This document shows positions 1 through 8,169 of a stretch of 25,084 nt of DNA, in pieces. Location: NCBI GenBank assembly GCA_007571105.1, contig RKRZ01000188.1:1-25084 (forward strand). Reading direction: 5' to 3'. The stretch comes from Gammaproteobacteria bacterium (GTDB lineage Bacteria; Pseudomonadota; Gammaproteobacteria; Poriferisulfidales; Poriferisulfidaceae). Position 1 is the first letter of the stretch. The number at the start of each line of letters is the position of its first letter. The notes below the pieces were generated by a model, which worked only from the letters and a program-made list of their open reading frames with translations, did no database searches and had not been told where the DNA came from. Both the position numbers and the translations under genes were made by a program.

Positions 1-1023
1 GCGCACGCGCATCGTCTCTCCATACTTCAAATCATGGTGGCTGGACGTGATGGTCTGCACGCGCAGTCCGGATTCAAGCTCCAAGGTGTACATAGTGGAA
101 TCTCCCTGAAACGCCTTGTCCACCACCACGCCCACCAGCGGCCCTTCGGGGTCCACCAGCACATCACTGCGGCGAAGCAGCAACTGCATGTGAGTCCCTT
201 CCGGCAGAGAATGCGGATGCTTGCTGCGGATTAGGCCTAATTCCGTCTCCAGTTCATGTTCCGAGCGCAGTTCGGCCTCCAGAAACAGCCCGCGATTCAG
301 GAAGGCGGCCACTTCGCGGGAGAGGGGTTCGTGATACAGGTCGAAAGGCGTATCCATCTGCAAAATCATACCGCCGCGCATCACCCCGACCCGGTCTCCC
401 ATCGAAAGGGCCTCATTGAGGTCGTGCGTCACGAGCAAAGCAGTCGTCCCCACTTCCCGCAGAATCTTATGCACTTCCACGGACAGACGCTCGCGCAAAG
501 CCGGATCCAGACCTACAAACGGCTCGTCCAGCAGCAACAGGCTCGGTCGCGGCGCCAGAGCACGCGCCAGCGCCACGCGAGCTTGCTGTCCGCCTGACAA
601 TTGATGCGGGTAGCGATGTTCCAGCGCATCACGGCCCGGCCCGGAACCCAGGTAGGTCTTCTCCAGCATTTCCTTTACACGCTGGCGTTGGGCGGATCTG
701 GAGTCTTTTCGGATGCCCAAAGTGATATTCTCGGCCACCGTCAGATGCGGAAACAAGGCGAAATCCTGAAACACCAGACCCACTGCGCGCCGCTCCGGCG
801 GGATCTCGAAACCCGGACGCGCCACCACACGCCCGGCAATGCGGATTTCGCCGCCCAATATCGGCTCAAACCCGGCAATGGCGCGCAACGCGGTCGTCTT
901 GCCGCAACCTGAAGCTCCAAGCAGCACCACGATCTCGCCTTGCTCAATCTCCATCGAAAAAGCGCGAAGCACCGGATGCTCGCCCGGTGAGCAATCGACT
1001 CGATCCATTTCAAGAAGCGCCAT
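1..1023 (-). CDS. fbpC: Fe(3+) ABC transporter ATP-binding protein (FbpC/PotA-like), partial: 3' end runs off the window
   Basis: Not in the ORF track because it has no stop in the window. Hand translation from ATG at 1023 (SD GGAGGGGG) gives MALLEMDRVD..., Walker A GASGCGKTT, Q-loop VFQDFALFPHLTV, signature LSGGQQARVALARAL, Walker B LLLDEPF and H-loop VTHD. The frame is open to position 1. Confidence 0.93.
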   Translation of the reverse strand, partial: MALLEMDRVDCSPGEHPVLRAFSMEIEQGEIVVLLGASGCGKTTALRAIAGFEPILGGEIRIAGRVVARPGFEIPPERRAVGLVFQDFALFPHLTVAENITLGIRKDSRSAQRQRVKEMLEKTYLGSGPGRDALEHRYPHQLSGGQQARVALARALAPRPSLLLLDEPFVGLDPALRERLSVEVHKILREVGTTALLVTHDLNEALSMGDRVGVMRGGMILQMDTPFDLYHEPLSREVAAFLNRGLFLEAELRSEHELETELGLIRSKHPHSLPEGTHMQLLLRRSDVLVDPEGPLVGVVVDKAFQGDSTMYTLELESGLRVQTITSSHHDLKYGETMRVR

Positions 1024-1032
1024 CACCCCCTC

Positions 1033-2640
1033 CTAGCGTCGGCTGCGGCCCGCCAGCAAAAACACCGGAATCAGCCCCACCAGTACCAGCGTCACGGAGG
1101 GCAAGGCGGCTCGTTCCCACAACCCTTCTGCCGTCAGGCCATAGATGCGCACCGCCAGTGTGTCCCAACCGAACGGGCGCAGCAATAAGGTTGCCGGCAT
1201 TTCCTTCATGACATCCACCATCACCAAAAGCGCGGCCGTCAGCAAGCTGGGACGGAGCATGGGAATATACACCCGGCGGGCGGCTTCTGTGCCGACGATG
1301 CCCAGCGACTGTGCCGCTTCTCTCAAACTCGGTTTGACTTGTTCCAGTGCCGAATCAATCGGATTAAACGCCAGTGTCAGAAATCGCGCGAAGTATGCCA
1401 GCATCAAACTGGCCATGCTGCCAACCAGGATGGTGCTCGTTGCAACGCCTGTGATTGCCTCCCATATTCCTCCCAATTGGCGATCGATCCAGCTCAGCGA
1501 GAGCATCACGGCCACCGCCAGCACAGAGCCCGGCAAAGCGTAACCCAGCGTGCCGACCCGCGTGGCCATGTGGGTGATGGGCCCGGGATTCTTTCGCAAG
1601 GCGTAAGCCATCACAAAGGCGCCCGAGGTGATCACCACTGCTGCCATCACGCCCAGCAGGAGCGTGCGTCCCACCAGCCCCAGATACCCGGAGCTCGGTG
1701 CCGCCACACTGTCCCAAACCCAGAACAGCAACTGCCCCATCGGAATGATGAAGGCTACCGCCAATACCAGCGCGCACGCACCGCTTGCGAGAAGCGCACG
1801 CCCCCCGCGCAATTGCGGAACCACCAGACCCACTGTCCGGCCTTGCGTGACGTAGCGCGCCCGCGCCCGACTGTAGCGCTCCAGGCACAGCACCACAAAT
1901 ACAAACGTCAGAAGCAAGGATGCCAATTGGCTGGCCGCGCTCAGATCGTAAAACCCAAACCATGTCTTGTAGATTGCCGTCGTGAACGTGTCGAAATTGA
2001 ACACCGCCACCGCGCCAAAATCCGCCAATGCCTCCATCACCGCAAGACTGACTCCGGCGATAATTGCCGGGCGCGCCATCGGCAACGCTACACGCAGAAA
2101 GCTTTGCCATGGCGTCAGGCCCAGCGAGCGCGCCGCGTCCAGCGGCGCCGTACCTTGCTTCAGGAAGGAAGCGCGGGCCAGCATATACACATACGGGTAC
2201 AGCACCAGCGTCATGACGGCCAGTACCCCCAGGGGATGGCGCGCCTCTACATACCAGGAGCCGGGCAAATCAAACCAATCGCGCAGCGCCTCCTGCACCG
2301 GACCCTGAAAATCCAGAATGCCCAGGAACACAAAGGCCATCACATAGGTCGGCACCGCAAACGGCAGCATCAGCGCCCAATCAAAGATCCGGCTACCCGG
2401 AAAACGATAGGCCGACACCAGCCAGGCCAGAGCCACGCCGAGGACGGAGGTGCCGACGGCGACGCCGGCGGCCAGAAGTAATGTGTTGCCAAGCAGGCGC
2501 GGCAGCACTGTCGCCGCCAAGTGTGACCAGATTTCGGTGGCCGGCTCAAGCCAAGCCCCGAAAATAATCAGCAGGGGAATCAGGATGACTGCTGCGAGCA
2601 GCCCGCTCCCCCAATGCCAGAATGCGATCGGAACACTAAT
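1033..2640 (-). CDS. fbpB: Fe(3+) ABC transporter permease (FbpB); start codon uncertain
   Basis: Two permease halves with EAA-like loops (DAARSLGLTPWQSFLRVALPMARP; EAAQSLGIVG). The frame stays open upstream of the ORF-track TTG at 2520 through an extra hydrophobic helix (FWHWGSGLLAAVILIPLLIIFGAW) up to an in-frame TGA at 2683-2685. There is no ATG/GTG/TTG in that stretch, so the start is placed tentatively at ATT 2640. Confidence 0.9.
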   Translation of the reverse strand: MSVPIAFWHWGSGLLAAVILIPLLIIFGAWLEPATEIWSHLAATVLPRLLGNTLLLAAGVAVGTSVLGVALAWLVSAYRFPGSRIFDWALMLPFAVPTYVMAFVFLGILDFQGPVQEALRDWFDLPGSWYVEARHPLGVLAVMTLVLYPYVYMLARASFLKQGTAPLDAARSLGLTPWQSFLRVALPMARPAIIAGVSLAVMEALADFGAVAVFNFDTFTTAIYKTWFGFYDLSAASQLASLLLTFVFVVLCLERYSRARARYVTQGRTVGLVVPQLRGGRALLASGACALVLAVAFIIPMGQLLFWVWDSVAAPSSGYLGLVGRTLLLGVMAAVVITSGAFVMAYALRKNPGPITHMATRVGTLGYALPGSVLAVAVMLSLSWIDRQLGGIWEAITGVATSTILVGSMASLMLAYFARFLTLAFNPIDSALEQVKPSLREAAQSLGIVGTEAARRVYIPMLRPSLLTAALLVMVDVMKEMPATLLLRPFGWDTLAVRIYGLTAEGLWERAALPSVTLVLVGLIPVFLLAGRSRR

Positions 2641-2659
2641 TGAACTTCCCCGAGAACGC

Positions 2660-3658
2660 TCAGCGCCAGCCGGCCCGGTCCATCAACTGCACGGCCGCCG
2701 CCTGCAGCCGCCCTGTTTCGCTCAGGTTCAGGGAATCTGCCTTGAATTCGCCCCAGACCTGAACCTCGGGAACCGCCGGAATTTCCGGGTTGACCGGAAA
2801 TTCCTGATTCAGTTCGGCAAACAACCCTTGCGCCTCGCCCTGCGAAAGCCACTCCAGAAAGGCGCGCGCCGCCGCCGGGTGCCTCGCGTTCTTCAGCACC
2901 CCGCCTCCGGAGATATTCACGTGCACTCCGCGATCTTCCTGATTGGACCAGAACAGATCGAGCGGCAAGTCCGGCTCTTCGCGCATCAACCGGCCGAAAT
3001 AGTAGCTGTTGACGACCGTGACATCGCACTGCCCGGACGCCACTGCCTTCAATGCCTTGGTGTCATTGGAAAAGGGCGCCATTGCAAGGTTTGCGACCCA
3101 GCCGCGAACAATTTCTTCGGCCTTTTCCTCACCGTGATGGGCGATCAGGGTTGCCGTCAGCGATTGGTTGTAGACTTTTTTGGAAGTGCGCAGACACAGG
3201 CGGCCCTTCCATTGCGGCTCTACCAGCGCCTCATAGGTGGACAATTCTTCCGGAGAAGTCGCCTGCGTGTTGTAGGCAATGGTCCGCACGCGTCGAGAGA
3301 AGCCAAACCATTGGCCTTCCGGGTCGCGGAGCGCTGCCGGGACGGATCGGGTTAGGGTCTCTGAGCCCAACACAGAAAATAAGCCGCGTTGGGCCGCATG
3401 CCAGAGATTTCCGGCATCTACCGTCAGCAAAATATCGCCGTCCTCGCCATTCGCCGAAAGCCGCTCCAGCAAAGGCCCAGGCTTGCCCGTGTGCAAGTTG
3501 AACGCCACACCTGTCTGCTCGGTGTACAAATCCAGCACCGGCTCAATCAAATGCGCCTGGCGCGAAGAATAAATTGTCAGTGTGTTCGGCTCTTCAGCCG
3601 CATGCACAAAACCGGCGATCAGCGTGAATGCCACCACGCCCGGAACCAAACCGCGCAT
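2660..3658 (-). CDS. fbpA: Fe(3+) ABC transporter periplasmic binding protein (FbpA/FutA family)
   Basis: Signal peptide (MRGLVPGVVAFTLIAGFVHA), YSSRQ, DILLTVDAGNL, KVYNQSL, VVNSYY (Tyr-Tyr iron ligands), GVHVNISGGG. SD AAGGGA. First gene of the operon. Confidence 0.93.
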   Translation of the reverse strand: MRGLVPGVVAFTLIAGFVHAAEEPNTLTIYSSRQAHLIEPVLDLYTEQTGVAFNLHTGKPGPLLERLSANGEDGDILLTVDAGNLWHAAQRGLFSVLGSETLTRSVPAALRDPEGQWFGFSRRVRTIAYNTQATSPEELSTYEALVEPQWKGRLCLRTSKKVYNQSLTATLIAHHGEEKAEEIVRGWVANLAMAPFSNDTKALKAVASGQCDVTVVNSYYFGRLMREEPDLPLDLFWSNQEDRGVHVNISGGGVLKNARHPAAARAFLEWLSQGEAQGLFAELNQEFPVNPEIPAVPEVQVWGEFKADSLNLSETGRLQAAAVQLMDRAGWR

Positions 3659-3677
3659 AGAATTCCCTTTCTTTAAC

Positions 3678-3700
3678 TAATGAGATGATACTCATTATTA
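3678..3700. promoter_or_regulatory. Fur-box-like operator upstream of fbpA
   Basis: Inverted repeat TAATGAG-N6-CTCATTA at 3678-3697. The minus strand reads TAATAATGAGTATCATCTCATTA and abuts the -10 of an iron-uptake operon. Confidence 0.75.
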
Positions 3701-3728
3701 TTATTGTCCCTTTTTCTAATAAAGTCAA
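3700..3728 (-). promoter_or_regulatory. sigma70 promoter of fbpABC
   Basis: Minus strand TTGACT (3728-3723) - 17 nt - AATAAT (3705-3700). Confidence 0.7.
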
Positions 3729-3730
3729 AA

Positions 3731-5497
3731 TCAAATCACGTTCAATTGCAGCCAGCGCTCCAGCGCTGCCGCATGCCACAAAAGGTTGCCGTCGATCCGG
3801 CTGCGCTGGTCCGGCTCGCGCAGCAATGCATCCAGATATTCCGGGCGAAACAGGCCGCGATTGCGGCACTGTGGCGATCCCAGCACGTCGCGCGCCCAAT
3901 CAAAAAAAGCGCCGCGAACAAACTTCAGCGCCGGAACCGGAAAATAGCCCTTGGGCCGGTCAATCACCGAATCCGGCAATCGGCCGCGCGCTAATGCGCG
4001 CAGCGGGTATTTGCCGCCGTCGCGCAACTTCATTTCTGCCGGCATCCCGGCGATAGTCTGCAAAAGTCCAGCATCCAGGTACGGCACCCGCGCTTCCAGC
4101 CCCCACGCCATGGTCATGTTGTCGACCCGCTTGACCGGATCATCCGTAATCAGCATGGTCACATCCATGCGCAACACCGCGTTGAGAAATTCGCCTTCCC
4201 CGCCCTCGGCAAGCCGCTCCTGCAGCAACGCGCGCGTGTGGTCTTCGCCGGCCCATGGAGGACATACGGCCGAGAGCAATTCCTCGTGCGTGCGGTCCAG
4301 ATAATGCCGACAGAAAGCCTCCAGGCCATCGGCGCGTTCTTCATGCATTCGGGGATACCAGAAATACCCCGCAAAGGCTTCATCCGCGCCCTGCCCACTC
4401 AAAACCACTGAGACATCCCGGCTCACCTGCTCGGACAGCAAATAAAACGCAATCGCATCCTGCGCCACCATCGGCTCACTCATGCAGGCAACCATTTCAT
4501 CCAGACGCGGCTGCAATTCGCTGTTGTCCACAAAGTAGCGATGGTGCTGGGTGCCGTAGTGCGCCACCACGGCATCGGAATACTCAAACTCATCGCCCGC
4601 CTCCTCTTCCGCGCTCTCGAAACCAACGCTGTAAGTCCGAACCGGCGACACGCCCGCCTCATCGAGCAGTGCGACCAGCAAACTGGAATCCAATCCCCCC
4701 GACAGCAAGACTCCCACCGGCACATCCGCCACTTCCAAGCGGCAGTGCACGGCTTCGCGCAACTGTTCATGCGCCCGCTCCAGCCACTCGTCCTCGGTGC
4801 GCTGCACATCCGGATTGTGCGCATCCAGCGTCCAGTACGCCCGACTGCGCACAGCGCCATCGGCCGATACCGTCATCGTATGTCCAGGCGCCAACTTGCG
4901 CACGCCCTTCAATAAGGTGTGCGGCGCCGGCACGCTGCCGTGCAGGCTCAGGTGATAGTGAAGCGCGACGGCATCCAGGTCCCGGTCCACTTCACCGGTT
5001 GCGAGCAACGCTTGGGTATTGGAGGCAAAATGAAAGTGGTCCTTGGTCTGCGCGAAATATAGGGGCTTGATCCCCAGTCGGTCGCGTGCCAGAAATAACC
5101 GCCTCGCTTCTTTGTCCCAGATTGCAAACGCAAACATCCCGGCCAGGCGTTCCACGCATTTCTCCCCCCACTCGGCATACGCCTTCAGAATCACTTCGCT
5201 GTCTCCTTCGGTAACAAACTGATGGCCGCAGCCGCTCAAATGCGCACGCAACTCCCGATAGTTGTAGATGCAGCCGTTGAACACCAGCCGACAGCCGGTG
5301 GCCTGGTCCTCAAGCGGTTGGTTAGAGCGCGGATGCAGGTCGACGATGCGCAGACGGCGATGGCCCAGGGCCACCGCCTCCTCCACCCAGCGGCCTTCGT
5401 GGTCCGGGCCGCGCCGCGCCAAGTGCGGCAACATGGCGTCCAACACGTCCGGGCGCGCCGCTTGCCGAAAACTCACCTCGCCAGCTATCCCGCACAT
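3731..5497 (-). CDS. asnB: Class II glutamine amidotransferase, AsnB-like; best resembles N-acetylglutaminylglutamine amidotransferase (AsnO type, TIGR03104)
   Basis: True start is MCGIAGE (ATG 5497, Ntn Cys2). Motifs RGPD, LGHRRL, FNGCIYNYRELR, LARDRLGIKPLY, LLSGGLDSS, SGQGADE, DDPVKRVDNMTMAWGLEARVP, IDRPKGYFPVPALK. The last two are recalled as typical of the NAGGN subfamily. 588 aa. Confidence 0.85.
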   Translation of the reverse strand: MCGIAGEVSFRQAARPDVLDAMLPHLARRGPDHEGRWVEEAVALGHRRLRIVDLHPRSNQPLEDQATGCRLVFNGCIYNYRELRAHLSGCGHQFVTEGDSEVILKAYAEWGEKCVERLAGMFAFAIWDKEARRLFLARDRLGIKPLYFAQTKDHFHFASNTQALLATGEVDRDLDAVALHYHLSLHGSVPAPHTLLKGVRKLAPGHTMTVSADGAVRSRAYWTLDAHNPDVQRTEDEWLERAHEQLREAVHCRLEVADVPVGVLLSGGLDSSLLVALLDEAGVSPVRTYSVGFESAEEEAGDEFEYSDAVVAHYGTQHHRYFVDNSELQPRLDEMVACMSEPMVAQDAIAFYLLSEQVSRDVSVVLSGQGADEAFAGYFWYPRMHEERADGLEAFCRHYLDRTHEELLSAVCPPWAGEDHTRALLQERLAEGGEGEFLNAVLRMDVTMLITDDPVKRVDNMTMAWGLEARVPYLDAGLLQTIAGMPAEMKLRDGGKYPLRALARGRLPDSVIDRPKGYFPVPALKFVRGAFFDWARDVLGSPQCRNRGLFRPEYLDALLREPDQRSRIDGNLLWHAAALERWLQLNVI

Positions 5498-5503
5498 ACC
5501 GCT

Positions 5504-5511
5504 AGTATAGT
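5504..5511. promoter_or_regulatory. Overlapping divergent -10 hexamers between asnB-like gene and queG
   Basis: AGTATAGT contains TATACT on the minus strand (5509-5504, 6 nt before ATG 5497) and TATAGT on the plus strand (5506-5511). The spacer is only 37 bp. Confidence 0.5.
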
Positions 5512-5534
5512 AAGCGCCGAATCTCTTCGCCCCC

Positions 5535-6587
5535 ATGTCTGAATCGCTCGCCACACTCGCCCGGAACATTCACCAATGGGGGCACGCGCTGGGGTTTGAC
5601 CGGGTCGGCATTACCGATCCGGGGCTGGAAGAAGACGAACGCCATCTGCTCAACTGGCTGGGTCGCGGCTGGCATGGGGAAATGGACTACATGGCCCGCC
5701 ACGGCACCCGCCGCTCCCGCGCCGCCGAATTGATGCCGGGCACTCAGCGCGTGATTTCGGTGCGCATGAATTATCTGCCGCATGCACTCGGCGAAGCACG
5801 TTCGGCGCTTGAAGACCCCGCATCCGGATACATCTCACGCTACGCGCTGGGGCGCGACTACCACAAGGTTCTGCGCAGCCGCCTCAAGCGCCTGACCCGG
5901 CGAATTGAGAAGGCCGCCGGAGTCTTTCGCTGCCGCGTCTTTACGGACAGCGCGCCGGTGCTGGAGAAAGCACTGGCGCAAAAAGCCGGATTGGGCTGGA
6001 TCGGCAAGCATACCAACCTGCTGGCCGAGGACTCCGGGTCCTGGTTCTTCATTGGCGAGATCTACACCAACCTGCCGCTGCCCGCCGATCAGCCCCGGCA
6101 ACAGGAACATTGCGGCGAGTGCCAGGCCTGCATTGATGTCTGTCCCACGGACGCCATCATCGCGCCATACCAACTGGACGCCCGGCGGTGCATTTCCTAT
6201 CTGACCATCGAGCTGAAAGGCTCCATCCCCCTCTCCCTTCGCCCCCTGATCGGCAACCGCATCTACGGCTGCGACGACTGCCAACTGGTCTGTCCCTGGA
6301 ATCGCTACGCACAACTCTCTGCCGAGCCTGACTTTCGCGCCCGCACTCCCCTGACAAACCTCGCATTGACCCAAGCCATGAGCTGGAGCGAAGAGACTTT
6401 TCTGCGCCACACGGAAGGCTCCGCCATGCGCCGCATCGGCCACTTGCAATGGTTGCGCAATGTCGCTGTAGCGCTGGGAAATGCGCCGCGCACCGAATCT
6501 GTGATTGCTGCCCTGCGCGCACGCGCCACGCATCCGAGCGAGATGGTGCGCGAGCATGTGGATTGGGCGCTGCAGCGCCACAGTTGA
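5535..6587 (+). CDS. queG: tRNA epoxyqueuosine(34) reductase
   Basis: GWHGEMDYM, YISRYALGRDYHKV, DSAPVLEKALAQKAGLGWIGK, GSWFFIGE; 4Fe-4S motifs CGECQACIDVCPT and YGCDDCQLVCPWN. Confidence 0.96.
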   Translation: MSESLATLARNIHQWGHALGFDRVGITDPGLEEDERHLLNWLGRGWHGEMDYMARHGTRRSRAAELMPGTQRVISVRMNYLPHALGEARSALEDPASGYISRYALGRDYHKVLRSRLKRLTRRIEKAAGVFRCRVFTDSAPVLEKALAQKAGLGWIGKHTNLLAEDSGSWFFIGEIYTNLPLPADQPRQQEHCGECQACIDVCPTDAIIAPYQLDARRCISYLTIELKGSIPLSLRPLIGNRIYGCDDCQLVCPWNRYAQLSAEPDFRARTPLTNLALTQAMSWSEETFLRHTEGSAMRRIGHLQWLRNVAVALGNAPRTESVIAALRARATHPSEMVREHVDWALQRHS

Positions 6588-6657
6588 AGCCGCCGATTGC
6601 TCTTGGCGGAACGCCCCCTTGGCTATAATGCGCCGCACAGCCGCAATCTCCTCTTCC

Positions 6658-7401
6658 ATGCGTCTCCGTCTCCTGCCCTTGTTCCTTTGCGCAAGCCTGA
6701 GCGCCGGGTGCGATGTCGGGTTGGAGGACATTGATCTGTCTGCGGTCGACTTCGGAATTGGCGACGATGAGGGAGATAATCTGATTGCCGCAAGCGCACG
6801 TGATTTCGTCACCTGCAACCTGGGCAAGGAGTGCGACTATCTTTGGAGTCAGGCGCGAATTTGGCTTGAAGAAAATGCCCGTTTCAGTGTGGACCTCAAG
6901 AACGATTCCACCTTGACGGCCTACAACGATGTGCCGGACAAACACCGGCAAGAATTCCAATACCGCGTTACTCGCCTCCCCTTAGCCGGCGGCGTTGCCA
7001 AAATCAAAGTTGAATCCTTTTGCGCCGATGTTGAAGCTTGCGAAAACACCACGGTGGAACAGGTCCACAAGATTAATGAATTCCTTCGGGCGCACCAGCG
7101 CGCACTGGCTTCGGGCCGCATCGAACTGGAAGGCTTTGATGAGCCGGAATTGCCGCGTGCGGATAAGCCGGCCGCCACCAGCGAGAAATTCGAGAGCTTG
7201 ACGATAGAAAAAGAGTACCAGCGCGGACAATTTCAGACTCAGGCCCAGCAATCCTTAGCCGGAGCCGGTTGCCTGAAGCAAAGCAAAATGGCTTTGCTTA
7301 AATCCGACAACAACGAGGATATCTACGAGGTGGAGTGTCTTACGGGCGTGCGCGAAATCATGTTCCGCTGTGATCGCGACGGCTGCAACGTCCTCGAATA
7401 A
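6658..7401 (+). CDS. Hypothetical lipoprotein, Cys-rich, probably two domains
   Basis: MRLRLLPLFLCASLSAG-C is a lipobox signal peptide, followed by an acidic linker and eight further Cys in two clusters of four. TATAAT at 6624-6629 upstream. 247 aa from ATG 6658; an alternative in-frame ATG lies at 6628. Confidence 0.75.
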   Translation: MRLRLLPLFLCASLSAGCDVGLEDIDLSAVDFGIGDDEGDNLIAASARDFVTCNLGKECDYLWSQARIWLEENARFSVDLKNDSTLTAYNDVPDKHRQEFQYRVTRLPLAGGVAKIKVESFCADVEACENTTVEQVHKINEFLRAHQRALASGRIELEGFDEPELPRADKPAATSEKFESLTIEKEYQRGQFQTQAQQSLAGAGCLKQSKMALLKSDNNEDIYEVECLTGVREIMFRCDRDGCNVLE

Positions 7402-7404
7402 GGC

Positions 7405-8169
7405 TCACGCAAAATCAAAAGTGGCAACCACGGGCGCGTGATCAGACGGCGCCTCCCAGGTGCGCGGCTTCGAATCGATCCGGCATGAGTTACACGCTTC
7501 CGCTGCCTGAGCGTTCGCCAGAATCAAATCAATGCGCACACCGAAGTTGCGGCGGAACGCGCTGTTGCGGTAGTCCCACCAACTGTATGATTCCGCCGGC
7601 TGCTCAAACCGGCGGAAACAATCCTCAAAGCCGAGCTGGCAAATAGCGCGCAACCCTTCTCGCTCAGGCTCGGAACGCAGTAATTCTGAATCCCAATCCT
7701 CCGACAAATCTCTGTCTTCCGGCGCGATATTGAAATCGCCCACAATCACGTAGCGTTCATGACGGCCCGCGTCGTCCTCCAGGTGTTGCTGCAGCTTTGA
7801 TAGCCATTTGAGTTTATGCCGGTACTTGGGATCTCCAACCTCCTTGCCATTGACCACATACAGATTGAGTACGCGTACGCCGTCAATGGTGGCGCCCAAA
7901 ATCCGGCGCTCCTCGTCCTCCAGTCCCGGAATCGATGTCTGCACGTCCTCAACCGGCTTGCGCGTCAGCAAGGCAACGCCGTTATAGGCCTTCTGCCCGC
8001 AAAACGTCGCGTAGTATTCAAGCCCCTGCAAATCTTCCAGCGGAAAATCCTGGTTCTGGCATTTGGTCTCCTGCAGACACAGAACATCCACCGGATTCTC
8101 GTCCAGCCAGTAGCGCACATGGGACGCCCGCTTGCGCAGGGAATTCACATTCCAGGTCGCGATCTTCAT
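7405..8169 (-). CDS. xthA: Exodeoxyribonuclease III (AP endonuclease)
   Basis: True start MKIATWNVNS at 8169; LCLQETK, GDFNIAP, YSWWDYR, RIDLIL, SDHAPV. Its ATG overlaps the prlC stop (ATGA). Confidence 0.95.
   Translation of the reverse strand: MKIATWNVNSLRKRASHVRYWLDENPVDVLCLQETKCQNQDFPLEDLQGLEYYATFCGQKAYNGVALLTRKPVEDVQTSIPGLEDEERRILGATIDGVRVLNLYVVNGKEVGDPKYRHKLKWLSKLQQHLEDDAGRHERYVIVGDFNIAPEDRDLSEDWDSELLRSEPEREGLRAICQLGFEDCFRRFEQPAESYSWWDYRNSAFRRNFGVRIDLILANAQAAEACNSCRIDSKPRTWEAPSDHAPVVATFDFA

Noticed and set aside
5498-5569. ORF-track N-terminal extensions of the amidotransferase (5569), xthA (8277), M23 (18180) and lipoprotein (6505)
   Set aside because: They overlap neighbouring genes and precede family-defining N-termini (MCGI, MKIATWN, signal peptides), so the starts were re-placed.
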